DNA of 30,293 bases from Sphingomonadales bacterium. GTDB lineage: Bacteria > Pseudomonadota > Alphaproteobacteria > Sphingomonadales > Sphingomonadaceae. Below, in pieces: positions 15,927-25,275 of the stretch. The notes under the pieces were generated by a model. That model saw only the letters and a program-made list of their open reading frames with translations. It made no database searches and was not told where the DNA came from. The number at the start of each line of letters is the position of its first letter. The stretch's first letter is position 1. The stretch is taken from contig JBBQJX010000001.1 in assembly GCA_038326295.1 (NCBI GenBank), positions 1-30,293 on the forward strand, read 5' to 3'. Both the position numbers and the translations under genes were made by a program.

Positions 15927-16736
15927 GTGGCGCGCTTCTGGCGCACGCACCGGCTGTTCCTCCTGTTCTCGTGGGCGCTGACCGCGACGATCGCGGCGGT
16001 GAACGCGCTGAGCACGCTCAGCGACCGCGCGGGACGCGTCGCCGCGTGGGAGCCTTGGGCGTGGGAGGGGACGAGCGCGATCGGCTGGGCGCTGCTGGTC
16101 CCGGCAATCGGATTCGCGGCGCTGCGCCTGCGCCCGCCGCGCGTCCGGTGGGGCACGGCGGCGGCGGTCCATGCCGGGCTGAGCCTTCCGGCATCGCTCG
16201 CGCATGTGGGCGTGATGGCGGCGCTGCGCAGCGCGATCTACGCGGCGCACGGTGTGGCTTACGATTTTGGCCCTGTCTGGCCGACGCTGGCGTATGAATA
16301 TCGCAAGGACGCGCTGAGCTACGTGCTGGTGACGCTGGGGTTCCTCGCGTGGGACGTGGTAAGGCGCGCGCGTGCGGGGGTCCCTCCGGCCATACCCGCG
16401 TCGTTGACCGATACGCGGCTGACGGTGCGTGACGGCGCACGGACGCATCTGATCGCGCCCGCCGAGATCGGGTATGCGCAGGCGGCGGGCAACTATGTGG
16501 AGCTGCACACCGCGCGCGGGCCCGTGCTGCACCGGACCAGTCTCGCCGCGCTGGAGGTCGAACTGGGCGCGCACGGCTTCGCGCGCGTACACCGGTCGCG
16601 GCTGGTGCGGCTGGCGGCCGTGTGCGCGATCGAGCCGACGGCGTCGGGCGATTTCGAGCTGTTGCTGGAGGACGGCACCAGGATCGGCGGGAGCCGAAGG
16701 TTCCGCAGCGCGCTCGATCCCTACACGAAGCTGTAA
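15927..16736 (+). CDS. Membrane-anchored LytTR-domain transcriptional regulator (start uncertain, 15792-15927)
   Basis: N-terminal TM helices (WEPWAWEGTS, YEYRKD) followed by AAGNYVELH...FARVHRSRLV...GDFELLLEDG..IGGSRRFR. Confidence 0.85.
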   Translation: MARFWRTHRLFLLFSWALTATIAAVNALSTLSDRAGRVAAWEPWAWEGTSAIGWALLVPAIGFAALRLRPPRVRWGTAAAVHAGLSLPASLAHVGVMAALRSAIYAAHGVAYDFGPVWPTLAYEYRKDALSYVLVTLGFLAWDVVRRARAGVPPAIPASLTDTRLTVRDGARTHLIAPAEIGYAQAAGNYVELHTARGPVLHRTSLAALEVELGAHGFARVHRSRLVRLAAVCAIEPTASGDFELLLEDGTRIGGSRRFRSALDPYTKL

Positions 16737-18895
16737 GGATCGACGTCCACCGCCACGCGCACGTTCGACGGGACTGGGACGCTTGCAAGCCAGACGCGCA
16801 GCACGCGCTGCAGGTCGGCGCTGCGGCGGGCCTGCGCCAGCAGCCGCCAGCGGTGGCGGCCGCGCAACATCGCCATCGGCGCCTGCGCGGGGCCGAGAAT
16901 GCGGATGCCCCCGGCAACAGGCGCGGCGCGACCCAAGGCGCGCGCGGTGGCTTCGGCCCGCGCCGGATCGGTGGAGGACACGATCAGCGCCGCCAGTCGA
17001 CCGTAGGGCGGCATCCCGGCCTCCTTGCGCGCGGCGGCTTCGGCGGTGTGGAAGCGCTCGGCATCGCCCGTCACCAGCGCGCGGAGCACGGGGGCCTTGG
17101 GCTCGTAGGTTTGCAGCATCACCCGGCCGGGCTTCGCGCTGCGTCCGGCCCTGCCCCCCGCCTGCGCGATCTGCTGGAACGTGCGCTCGGCAGCGCGGAG
17201 ATCGCCGCCCGCGAGACCCAGATCCGCATCGACGATCCCCACCAGCGTCAACTCGGGGAAATGGTGGCCCTTGGCCACCAGCTGCGTGCCGATGACGATA
17301 TCGATCTCCCGCGCGTCCATCGCGGCCACGAAGGCGGCGGCGCGCTGTGGAGTACCGAGCGTGTCCGACGTGGCGATCGCGAGGCGCGCCTGGGGGAACA
17401 GGCGCGCAACCTCGTCCGCGATGCGCTCCACCCCCGGGCCGCACGCCGCAAGCGTGCCCAGAGAGCCGCAGGCAGGACAGGCGGGGGGGACGGGGACGGT
17501 GTGGCCGCAATGGTGGCACATCAGCCGCTGGAGCAACCGATGTTCCACCAGCCACGACGAGCAATCGGGGCAGCCGATGCGCTCGCCGCAGGTGCGGCAC
17601 AGCGTGAGCGGTGCATAGCCGCGGCGGTTGAGGAACAGGAGCGACTGCTCGGCGCGCGCCAGCGTCTCGGTGAGCGCCGCCACCAGCGGGGGGGAGAGCC
17701 AGCGGCCGCGCGGGGGCGGGGTGCGTTTGAGGTCGATCGCCGCCACCGTGGGAAGCGTCGCGCCCGCGAAACGCGTGGGCAGACGCAGGTGCAGGTAGCG
17801 GCCCGCTTCGGCCTGCGCGCGGGTTTCGAGCGCGGGGGTGGCGGTGGCGAGGATCACCGGGCAGTCCTCGAAGCGCGCGCGCATGACCGCGGCGTCGCGG
17901 CCGTGATAGGGGACGCCGTCCTCCTGTTTGAAGCTCGCCTCGTGCGCCTCGTCCACCACGATCAGGCGCAGCGCCGCGAAGGGGAGGAACAGCGCGGATC
18001 GCGCGCCCACCACCACGCGGGCCTCGCCGCTGGCGATGGCGCGCCAGGTGGCGCGGCGCAGTGTGGAGGTGAGGCCCGAATGCCAGACGGCCGGGGCGGC
18101 CCCGAAGCGCGCGGCGAAACGCGCAAGGAAGGGGGCCGTAAGCGCGATCTCGGGCAGCAGCACGAGCGCCTGGCCCCCGGCCCGCAGCGCGGCGGCAACC
18201 GCCTCGAAATACACCTCGGTCTTGCCCGAGCCGGTGACGCCCTCGATCAAAACGGGCGCAAAGGCGGCGGCGGCGACCGTATCGACGAGCGTGGCGGCGG
18301 CTTCGGCCTGCGCGGGTTCGAGGCTGGGCGCGGCGGCGTCCGGATCGGGGGACGCGAAGGTCGCGGGTGGGGCGAGCACGACGGGTTCGAGCGCGCCCGT
18401 GTCGATCAGCGCGCGGATGATCGCGGTGGAGGCGGACGCCGCGCGGGCGAGTTCGGCGACGGTGCCGGCGTGGCTGCCGATCGCGGCAAGCGCGCGGACG
18501 CGGGCGGGGGTGAGCGGTTTGGGGGAGGGGTGGCCGCTCGCGCGCCATCCCTGGATGTCCGCCACCGGCTCCAGCGCCGACGTGGACGGCAGTGCCATCC
18601 GCAACACCGCACCGGGTGCGGCGAGATAATAGTCCGCTACCCAGTCGATCAGCCGCCGCAGCGGCGCCGCGACCGGGGGCGCATCCACTCGCACGCGCAC
18701 CGGGCGCAGCCGCGCATCCTCGATCGTGCGCGCGGGCGCGGCATCGGCCTCCCACACCACGCCCAGAATATCGCGCGGGCCGAGCGGGGCGACCACGATA
18801 TCGCCGGGGACGAGCGGCGTGTCGGCGCGGTAATCGAGCGCGCCGAGGCCGGGCTGGAGCGGGATGACGCGGACGCGGGTGGGGATCGGGATCAC
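16721..18895 (-). CDS. priA: Primosomal protein N'
   Basis: GVTGSGKT, DEAH, LNRRGY, four CxxC motifs, GTQLVAKGHHFP and VDVDP. Confidence 0.95.
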   Translation of the reverse strand: MIPIPTRVRVIPLQPGLGALDYRADTPLVPGDIVVAPLGPRDILGVVWEADAAPARTIEDARLRPVRVRVDAPPVAAPLRRLIDWVADYYLAAPGAVLRMALPSTSALEPVADIQGWRASGHPSPKPLTPARVRALAAIGSHAGTVAELARAASASTAIIRALIDTGALEPVVLAPPATFASPDPDAAAPSLEPAQAEAAATLVDTVAAAAFAPVLIEGVTGSGKTEVYFEAVAAALRAGGQALVLLPEIALTAPFLARFAARFGAAPAVWHSGLTSTLRRATWRAIASGEARVVVGARSALFLPFAALRLIVVDEAHEASFKQEDGVPYHGRDAAVMRARFEDCPVILATATPALETRAQAEAGRYLHLRLPTRFAGATLPTVAAIDLKRTPPPRGRWLSPPLVAALTETLARAEQSLLFLNRRGYAPLTLCRTCGERIGCPDCSSWLVEHRLLQRLMCHHCGHTVPVPPACPACGSLGTLAACGPGVERIADEVARLFPQARLAIATSDTLGTPQRAAAFVAAMDAREIDIVIGTQLVAKGHHFPELTLVGIVDADLGLAGGDLRAAERTFQQIAQAGGRAGRSAKPGRVMLQTYEPKAPVLRALVTGDAERFHTAEAAARKEAGMPPYGRLAALIVSSTDPARAEATARALGRAAPVAGGIRILGPAQAPMAMLRGRHRWRLLAQARRSADLQRVLRVWLASVPVPSNVRVAVDVDPYSFV

Positions 18896-18959
18896 GCAGG
18901 CAATATAGGCAGACTCAATTCAATTCTGTCCTCCCCCGCTTACGGGGGGACAAGGGGGT

Positions 18960-20459
18960 TCAGCGTGCCGCGTCCCGATCGGTTTGCCAGTCGCTCCAGA
19001 TGCGTCGCACGCGCGCGCCGTTGGCGAGGGTGTCGTAGCGCGCGACGTCGATGCTCAGGTCTTCCACGTTCGCGCGGCCCGTGGCGGCCAGCAGGTTGAA
19101 GCCCGCCACATATTCGTCGTGCCGCGCGCGAACCAGCAGCACGCGGGAGTTCAGCAATTCCTGCTCGGCGTTCAGCACCTCGATGATCGTGCGCAGGCCG
19201 ACGCTGTTCTCTGCACGCACACCTTCCAGCGCGAGCGCGTTGGCGCGGACCGCAACCTCGGCGGATTGCACCTGCGCGTGGGCGGAGACCAGATTCTCAT
19301 ACGCATCGCGCGCCTGCTCGGTGACGAGCCGCTCGACGCGCGCGATTTCGGTGAGCGCCTGCGACTGGCGAGCCTGCGCCTGGCGGATGCGCGAGGAGGC
19401 CGCGCCGCCCTGCAAGATGGGGATCGTAAGCGTCAGCCCAACCGATTGCGAAGCGCGCGCGTTGGCGATGCCCGGCGTCTCCTGCGGCACACCGAACGCG
19501 GCGTTCGGATCGCCCAGATAATTGACATAGCTCGCGCCGCCTGTGGCGTTCAGCGTCGGCCGTCGTCCTGCGCGCGACACGCCGACATCGTACCCCGACG
19601 CCTTCTCGCTCGCGCGCGCGGCGAGCAGATTGGGATTGCCGTCGACCGCGAGCGCAACCGCCTTTTCGGACGTTTCGGGCAACATGCCCAGCGGCGGCGG
19701 CGGCGCGAGCACACCCGGCGCATGGCCGACCACACGCACGAACGCCTGCTGGCTTGCCACCAGCGTCGCCTGCGCCGCGCGCAGCACCGCGTCCGCGTTC
19801 GCCAGTCGCGCCTCGGACTGCGCCACATCGGTCCGCGTCAGATCGCCAACCTCGAAGCGGTCGCGCGACTGGCGCAACTGCTCGGCGAGCACGCGGACCT
19901 GATTGCGATCGAGATCAACCACTTCGGCGTCGCGGCGCGTATCCTCATACGCGATCGTGGTGCGCGTCAGGATATCGTTCTCGAGCGCGGCCAGATCGTA
20001 GCGCCCCGCCGAAACGCGACCCTCGGCAGCGCGGATCGAATTGCGGATCAGCCCGCCGCGATACAGCGGCAACGTGGCCTGCGCCTGCGCGGTCACATCG
20101 CGGCCCTTGTTGCCGAAGGTATCGAGCTGCGCGTAATTCTGCGCGAAGCCCAGATTGGCGCTGAGCGTTGGCCGCCGGAGCGCCTCCGCCTGCGCTACAC
20201 CCTCGTCGAGTGAACGGAGATTGTCGCGGCTGCCCGCAAGCTCGGGGTTGGTGAGATAGGCGGACGCGAGCGCGGCGCGCAGGTCTTCGGTGGGCGCGGG
20301 TTCGGGCGCGGGGCTGGGCGCTTTCGCGAGATCGGGCTGCGCCGGGGTGGAGACCTTGGCCACGGGTGTCGGGCGGGCGCGGCGCGGCGCGGCCTCGGCG
20401 AGTGGCGCGGCGAGGAGGCCGAGCGCGAGCGCGGCGGTGAGGCGGTGCGTGAGCGTCAT
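18960..20459 (-). CDS. tolC: TolC family outer membrane protein
   Basis: Signal peptide; AYLTNPEL, FEVGDLTRTDVAQSEARL and GLRTIIEVLNAEQEL motifs. Confidence 0.9.
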   Translation of the reverse strand: MTLTHRLTAALALGLLAAPLAEAAPRRARPTPVAKVSTPAQPDLAKAPSPAPEPAPTEDLRAALASAYLTNPELAGSRDNLRSLDEGVAQAEALRRPTLSANLGFAQNYAQLDTFGNKGRDVTAQAQATLPLYRGGLIRNSIRAAEGRVSAGRYDLAALENDILTRTTIAYEDTRRDAEVVDLDRNQVRVLAEQLRQSRDRFEVGDLTRTDVAQSEARLANADAVLRAAQATLVASQQAFVRVVGHAPGVLAPPPPLGMLPETSEKAVALAVDGNPNLLAARASEKASGYDVGVSRAGRRPTLNATGGASYVNYLGDPNAAFGVPQETPGIANARASQSVGLTLTIPILQGGAASSRIRQAQARQSQALTEIARVERLVTEQARDAYENLVSAHAQVQSAEVAVRANALALEGVRAENSVGLRTIIEVLNAEQELLNSRVLLVRARHDEYVAGFNLLAATGRANVEDLSIDVARYDTLANGARVRRIWSDWQTDRDAAR

Positions 20460-21118
20460 CAGAACACGAAGCCGCGCGGGCGCGCGAAGCCGGGCAGCGG
20501 AGTGGCGACAGTTTCCATGAAACCGATCATGCCGATCGTGCCGCCACCGTTCAGCCCGGTGGTGGCGCGCGCGGTGCCCGCCTCGTCGATCAGGATGCCC
20601 GCGAAGCGGCCGTCCGGCGCGAGCTGCCCGGTCAGCGCGGGCAGAAGGATCTCGGCGGCACCGTTGAGGAACAGGATGTCATAAGGGGCCTCGCCGGGCC
20701 ACCCGGCGGCGAGTGCGCCTTCGACGACGCGGACGTTGGCCGCCCCTTCGGCGGCGAGCGCGGCACGGGCCGAGGCAGCAAGCGCGGGATCGGCTTCGAG
20801 CGCGATCACCTGCGCGACGAGGCGGCCCAGCACGGCGGCCTCGTAGCCGCTGCCCGCACCGATCAGGAGCACGCGGTCCGCCGCCCCGGGCTCGCAGCGC
20901 ATCGCCAGATTGCCGAACATCATCGGCTCGAGCATCGCGCGGCCGGGCGCGAGTTCGACAGCCGCGTCAAGATAGGCGCGCGCGCGGGCGCTCTCGGGCA
21001 CGAAGGCCTCGCGCCGAACGGGCATGAAGGCTTCGAGGACGCGCACATTGTTGACGCCGGTGGGCCGCAACTGGCTATCGATCATTGCCGCGCGAAGGGT
21101 TTCGTAACTGGGCTGCAT
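20459..21118 (-). CDS. pcm: Protein-L-isoaspartate O-methyltransferase family protein
   Basis: MIDSQLRP, RREAFVP, VLLIGAGSGY and GWPGEAPYDIL; conserved position upstream of tolC. Confidence 0.88.
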   Translation of the reverse strand: MQPSYETLRAAMIDSQLRPTGVNNVRVLEAFMPVRREAFVPESARARAYLDAAVELAPGRAMLEPMMFGNLAMRCEPGAADRVLLIGAGSGYEAAVLGRLVAQVIALEADPALAASARAALAAEGAANVRVVEGALAAGWPGEAPYDILFLNGAAEILLPALTGQLAPDGRFAGILIDEAGTARATTGLNGGGTIGMIGFMETVATPLPGFARPRGFVF

Positions 21119-21139
21119 GGGGGTCCCCGGACGCTCGGC

Positions 21140-21157
21140 GTCTTATTGTACTAAGAC
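21140..21157. promoter_or_regulatory. Palindromic operator candidate overlapping the -10 of pcm-tolC
   Basis: GTCTTA-ttgtac-TAAGAC. The minus strand has TACAAT inside it and CTTGCC 16 nt upstream. Confidence 0.5.
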
Positions 21158-21216
21158 AGTCGGGCTGGCAAGTGCCTGCTGTAGCGGCGGGGGCGCGGGA
21201 GGCCAAGGCGGACGGA

Positions 21217-22401
21217 TCAGCGGGCGAGTTCGTCGGCGATCCTTTGCGCGAGGCGGCGGGCGACTTCGGTCTTGGGCAAGCGGGGCCACGGCTCCAGGCC
21301 GTTGGCGGTGGCGATAACGACCGCGTTTTCCGCTCCGCCCATCGTGTCGCCCATCACATCGTTGCCAACGATCCAGTCCGCGTGCTTGGCGCTGCGCTTG
21401 GCGGCGGCGCGGGCGGCGACGTCCTGCGTTTCGGCGGCGAAGCCCACGACAAGGCGCGGGCGGCGCGGGCCGGGGGCGGCGATAACGGCGAGGATGTCCG
21501 GATTGGGGACGAAGGCGGGCGTGGGCGGGCCATCGGTCTTCTTCAGCTTGTGCGCGGCCACCTCCGCGATCCCCCAGTCCGCGACGGCGGCGACCATCAC
21601 GGCCACATCGGCGGGCAGCGCAGCCTCGACCGCCGCCGCCATCTCGCGCCCGCTGGTGACATCCACGCGCTTCGCACCGGGCGGGGTGGGCAGGGCCACC
21701 GGCCCCGCGACCAGCGTCACCCGCGCACCGAGCGCTGCAAGCGCGCCCGCAATGGCAAAGCCCTGACGGCCGCTCGATCGATTGGCGATGTAGCGCACCG
21801 GATCGATCGCCTCGTGCGTGGGACCGGCGGTGACGAGCGCGTGGCGGCCGGAGAGCGGGCCTGTCGCCAGCATCGCGCGGGCGGCCGCCAAGATCGCGGG
21901 CGGTTCGGGCAGGCGGCCGGGGCCGGTCTCGCCGCACGCCATCGCGCCGGTATCGGGTTCCATCACGTGCACGCCGTCGTCGCGCAGCCGCGCGACGTTG
22001 CGCTGCGTCGCGGGGTGCGTCCACATGCGGTGGTTCATCGCGGGCGCGATCAGGACCGGCTTGTCCGCCGCGAGCAACACCGCATCCGCGAGATCGCCAC
22101 CAAGCCCGGCGGCCATGCGCGCGATGCGGTCCGCGCTTGCGGGGCACACCACGATCAGGTCGGCCTCGCGGCTCAGCCGGATATGGCCCATCTCGGCCTC
22201 GTCCTTGAGGCTCCAGAGGTCCTCGTAAACCGGCCCCTCGGTCAGCGCGGCGAGCGACAGCGCGGTGACGAATCGCGCGCCGCCGGGCGTAAGGACCGCG
22301 CGCACGCGTGCCCCCTCGCCGCGCAGAAGGCGCAGCAGTTCGAGCGACTTATACGCCGCGATGCCGCCGCCGACGATGAGCAGGATGCGCACCCCGTTCA
22401 C
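21217..22401 (-). CDS. coaBC: Bifunctional phosphopantothenoylcysteine decarboxylase/synthetase
   Basis: GGGIAAYK, APAMN, MACGETGPGR, TAGPT, NRSSGRQG and GFAAET motifs. Confidence 0.95.
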   Translation of the reverse strand: MNGVRILLIVGGGIAAYKSLELLRLLRGEGARVRAVLTPGGARFVTALSLAALTEGPVYEDLWSLKDEAEMGHIRLSREADLIVVCPASADRIARMAAGLGGDLADAVLLAADKPVLIAPAMNHRMWTHPATQRNVARLRDDGVHVMEPDTGAMACGETGPGRLPEPPAILAAARAMLATGPLSGRHALVTAGPTHEAIDPVRYIANRSSGRQGFAIAGALAALGARVTLVAGPVALPTPPGAKRVDVTSGREMAAAVEAALPADVAVMVAAVADWGIAEVAAHKLKKTDGPPTPAFVPNPDILAVIAAPGPRRPRLVVGFAAETQDVAARAAAKRSAKHADWIVGNDVMGDTMGGAENAVVIATANGLEPWPRLPKTEVARRLAQRIADELAR

Positions 22402-22886
22402 GAGCTAACCCAATAGCTAGCGGCTGAAATACCGATCGCTATCAATAACATTACACCAAGACAGCCCCGACTCGATGACGTATTCGTCATCTCTAGCCTC
22501 TTTGACTTGCTTTCTCTCCAGTCCATTTGCTGGTGGTCAAGGAATTTATATGGTCGAAATTCCTCACCGTTCTTCCGAATGGCTATTCGGCAGCCTATAA
22601 ACTCTGCCTGTCCAACACCACCGCGCATCTCATGAATTCTTGCCGCCATAATCTCTCCCGCATCAATCTGCGGGGCAAGTTGCACGGCATCAGCAGCGGA
22701 AATATACCCTATGCAGACTTGGTTAACAGAAAATACCTTGATAGCGTTGCGGTCGTGCGGATTGTCCGGCTCGCGTAAAAGTCCAACCTTTGTTCCCGGA
22801 TCGAGCCGCAGCAATTCTAGTTGTCGGTAACTCCCATCGTCATTTCGCTTGGACTCACCCACCAGATCGAAAATCCGCTTCCGCAT
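22398..22886 (-). CDS. HIRAN-domain protein with C-terminal transmembrane helix; low GC
   Basis: LLREPDNPHDRNAIKV....IGYI HIRAN signature; hydrophobic tail GCLGVMLLIAIGISAASYWV; GGAAGGGGGG upstream of ATG 22886. Confidence 0.8.
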   Translation of the reverse strand: MRKRIFDLVGESKRNDDGSYRQLELLRLDPGTKVGLLREPDNPHDRNAIKVFSVNQVCIGYISAADAVQLAPQIDAGEIMAARIHEMRGGVGQAEFIGCRIAIRKNGEEFRPYKFLDHQQMDWRESKSKRLEMTNTSSSRGCLGVMLLIAIGISAASYWVSS

Positions 22887-22913
22887 ATCCCCCCCTTCCG
22901 GATTACCTCGCAT

Positions 22914-24437
22914 TTAGCCGAAGACAGCGGCCGCGCCCAGCGCGACGGCCGCGCCCAGCGCGGCGGCGGCGACGAACAGTTCCCACGGGACGCGGATGCG
23001 CGCCGCGACGGGCAGTTCGGCCTCCAGCGTCTGGATTTCCTCGGGCACCATCGCCGCCAGCCGCCGCGCTACGCCGGGCAGGCCGACAAGCAGCCTCAGG
23101 CCATGCGTCAGCGCGTCTGCCACGCGCGCCTCGGGGCCCAGTTCGTCGCGCATCCAGCCGCGCACATAGGGTTCGGCGATCGCCCAGGTGTTCACATGCG
23201 GATCGAGGCTGGCGGCCACGCCTTCGACCATTACCATCGTCTTCTGCAGCAGCAGCAGGTGCGGCTGGGTGGGCATTTCGAACTGGCGCGTGATCGCGAA
23301 CAGGCCGTCGAGCAGATTGGCGATCGAGATGTCCTTGACCGGCAGGCCGCGGATCGGCTCCCCCACCGCGCGCAGCGCCACCGCGAAATCCTCGATGCTA
23401 TGGTGCTTGGGCACATAGCCCGCATCGAAGTGCACTTGCGCCACCGTGACGTAATCGGCGGTCAGCAGCCCGTAAAGGATCTTCGCCAGATCGATCCGCG
23501 CGCGCCGGTCAAGCCGACCCATGATGCCGAAATCGATCACCCCCAGCCGCCCATCGGGCAGCGCGAACAGGTTCCCCTGATGCAGATCGGCGTGGAAGAA
23601 GCCGCGCCCGATCGCCTGATGCAGGAAGGCGCGCACCAGCGTCGTCGCGGCCTTCGTGCCATCCACCCCGGCGGCCGCCAGCGCGGCGCGATCCGAGACC
23701 TTGACCCCCTCCATCCATTCGAGCGTGAGGACGCGTTTGGACGTGCGCGCCCAATCGATCGCGGGGATTTTCAGCCCGGGATCGCCCGGATCGGCGGCGA
23801 GTTCGGATGCGGACGCGGCTTCCATGCGCAGATCGAGCTCGCGCTCGGTCCATCGGCGGAAGGCTTCAATCACCGCGCGCGGGCGCAGGCGTGCGGCCTC
23901 TCCGCCCATGCTCTCGATATGCGCGGCTGCCCACGCGAAGGTGTCGGTATCGCGCGCGATGCGGGCCTCGACGCCCGGGCGCAGCACCTTGATCGCCACA
24001 TCGCGGCCTTCGGTGGTGACCGCGCGGTGCACCTGCGCGACCGAGGCCGCGCCGACCGCATTTGCGTCGATGCTGCGGAACAGCGCGCCGATCGGTTTCT
24101 CCAGCCCCGCCTCGATCGCGGCGCGTACCTTGGCGAACGGTTCGGGCGGCAGCCGGTCCTGCAACGCGGCGAAATCGCGCGCTGCCGCCTCGCCCACCAG
24201 ATCGGGCCGCGTGGCGAGCGCCTGGCCGAGCTTGATCGCGGCGGGACCGAGTTTGGTGAAGGCTTCGGCGTAGCGCGGCGTGGTGGGCGCGAACGTGCCC
24301 AGCCGCGCCAGCCACGCCAGCCGCCGCACGCTGAGGGGTGCCTGCGGGCTGCGCTCGATCCCGCGCAGCGCGCCGTTGGCACCCAGCGTGCGCCCCCAGC
24401 GCGCGATGCGCCAAACATGCGTCGCGCTGCTGGTCAA
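22914..24437 (-). CDS. ubiB: Ubiquinone biosynthesis protein kinase-like UbiB
   Basis: IKLGQALATRPD, AASVAQVH, VAIKVLRP, FFHADLHQGN and DFGIMG. TTG start coupled to ubiE. Confidence 0.93.
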   Translation of the reverse strand: MTSSATHVWRIARWGRTLGANGALRGIERSPQAPLSVRRLAWLARLGTFAPTTPRYAEAFTKLGPAAIKLGQALATRPDLVGEAAARDFAALQDRLPPEPFAKVRAAIEAGLEKPIGALFRSIDANAVGAASVAQVHRAVTTEGRDVAIKVLRPGVEARIARDTDTFAWAAAHIESMGGEAARLRPRAVIEAFRRWTERELDLRMEAASASELAADPGDPGLKIPAIDWARTSKRVLTLEWMEGVKVSDRAALAAAGVDGTKAATTLVRAFLHQAIGRGFFHADLHQGNLFALPDGRLGVIDFGIMGRLDRRARIDLAKILYGLLTADYVTVAQVHFDAGYVPKHHSIEDFAVALRAVGEPIRGLPVKDISIANLLDGLFAITRQFEMPTQPHLLLLQKTMVMVEGVAASLDPHVNTWAIAEPYVRGWMRDELGPEARVADALTHGLRLLVGLPGVARRLAAMVPEEIQTLEAELPVAARIRVPWELFVAAAALGAAVALGAAAVFG

Positions 24438-25156
24438 ACCTTCCAGCCGCTGTGGATCGCGACCGCGCCGCCGAAGATGGGAGTAGAGGCCACCTGCCCG
24501 AACCCCACCGCGCGGATCATGTCGGCAAATGCAGGCATGTCGGGGAAGCGGCGAATGCTCTCGACCAGATACTGGTAGGATGCGCGGTCGCGCGCGATCA
24601 GCCCGCCCAGCCGGGGGACGATGTTGAAGCTGTACGCGTCATAAAGCTGCGCGAAGCCCGGCCATTCGGTCGTGCTGAACTCGAGGCACCAGAACCGCCC
24701 GCCCCATTTCAGCACGCGGTACGCCTCGGCGAGCGCGGCGGGAAGATCGGTGACGTTCCTCAGGCCGAACGCGCAGGTGTAGGCGTCGAACGCTGCGTCC
24801 GGCGAGGTGAGACGCTCGGCATTTTCCTCCGCCCACGCGATCCCCCCCAGCCCGCGCTTCTGCGCGCGCGCCATGCCCACAGCGAGCATCTCGGGATTGA
24901 TATCCGCGCACGTCACATGCGCGCCCGCCCCCGCCATGCGGAACGCAATATCCCCGGTGCCCCCCGCCATGTCGAGGATCGCTTCGCCCTCGCGGGGCCG
25001 CACCAACCTGACGAAGCGATCCTTCCAGCTCCGGTGCATCCCGGCGCTCATTGCATCGTTCATGATATCGTAGCGCCGCGCCACGCGCGCGAACACCTCG
25101 CCTACCTTCGCGGTCTTCTCCGCCGCGGGCACGTCCTCAAAACCGAAACTGGCCAT
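24434..25156 (-). CDS. ubiE: Ubiquinone/menaquinone C-methyltransferase
   Basis: FGFEDV, YDIMNDAMSAGMHR, LDMAGGTGDIA, FGLRNV and YLVESIRRFP motifs. Confidence 0.95.
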   Translation of the reverse strand: MASFGFEDVPAAEKTAKVGEVFARVARRYDIMNDAMSAGMHRSWKDRFVRLVRPREGEAILDMAGGTGDIAFRMAGAGAHVTCADINPEMLAVGMARAQKRGLGGIAWAEENAERLTSPDAAFDAYTCAFGLRNVTDLPAALAEAYRVLKWGGRFWCLEFSTTEWPGFAQLYDAYSFNIVPRLGGLIARDRASYQYLVESIRRFPDMPAFADMIRAVGFGQVASTPIFGGAVAIHSGWKV

Positions 25157-25217
25157 GGCGCTGCAATAGGCGCGCGCACTCGCGGGGCAAAGGGCGTTCG
25201 GTCGCCTGCGACCAAAC

Positions 25218-25256
25218 GAACGGGAGCGCCGCCCCGTGAGCGGCGACGCTCCGTTC
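25218..25256 (-). terminator. Intrinsic terminator-like hairpin after the S1/P1 nuclease gene
   Basis: GAACGGGAGCGCCGC / GCGGCGACGCTCCGTTC imperfect stem, followed by GTTTGGT on the minus strand. Confidence 0.55.
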
Positions 25257-25275
25257 CCGGTTAAGGCCCGATGGA

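Noticed and set aside
14568-18755. 1395-aa minus-strand ORF, and other long Arg/Ala-rich ORFs (16622-19099, 11215-12987, 22821-24578, 28228-29961)
   Set aside because: These are shadow or alternate frames of real genes (priA, acyltransferase, recQ, ubiB, recJ) in high-GC DNA; they show no recognisable motifs.
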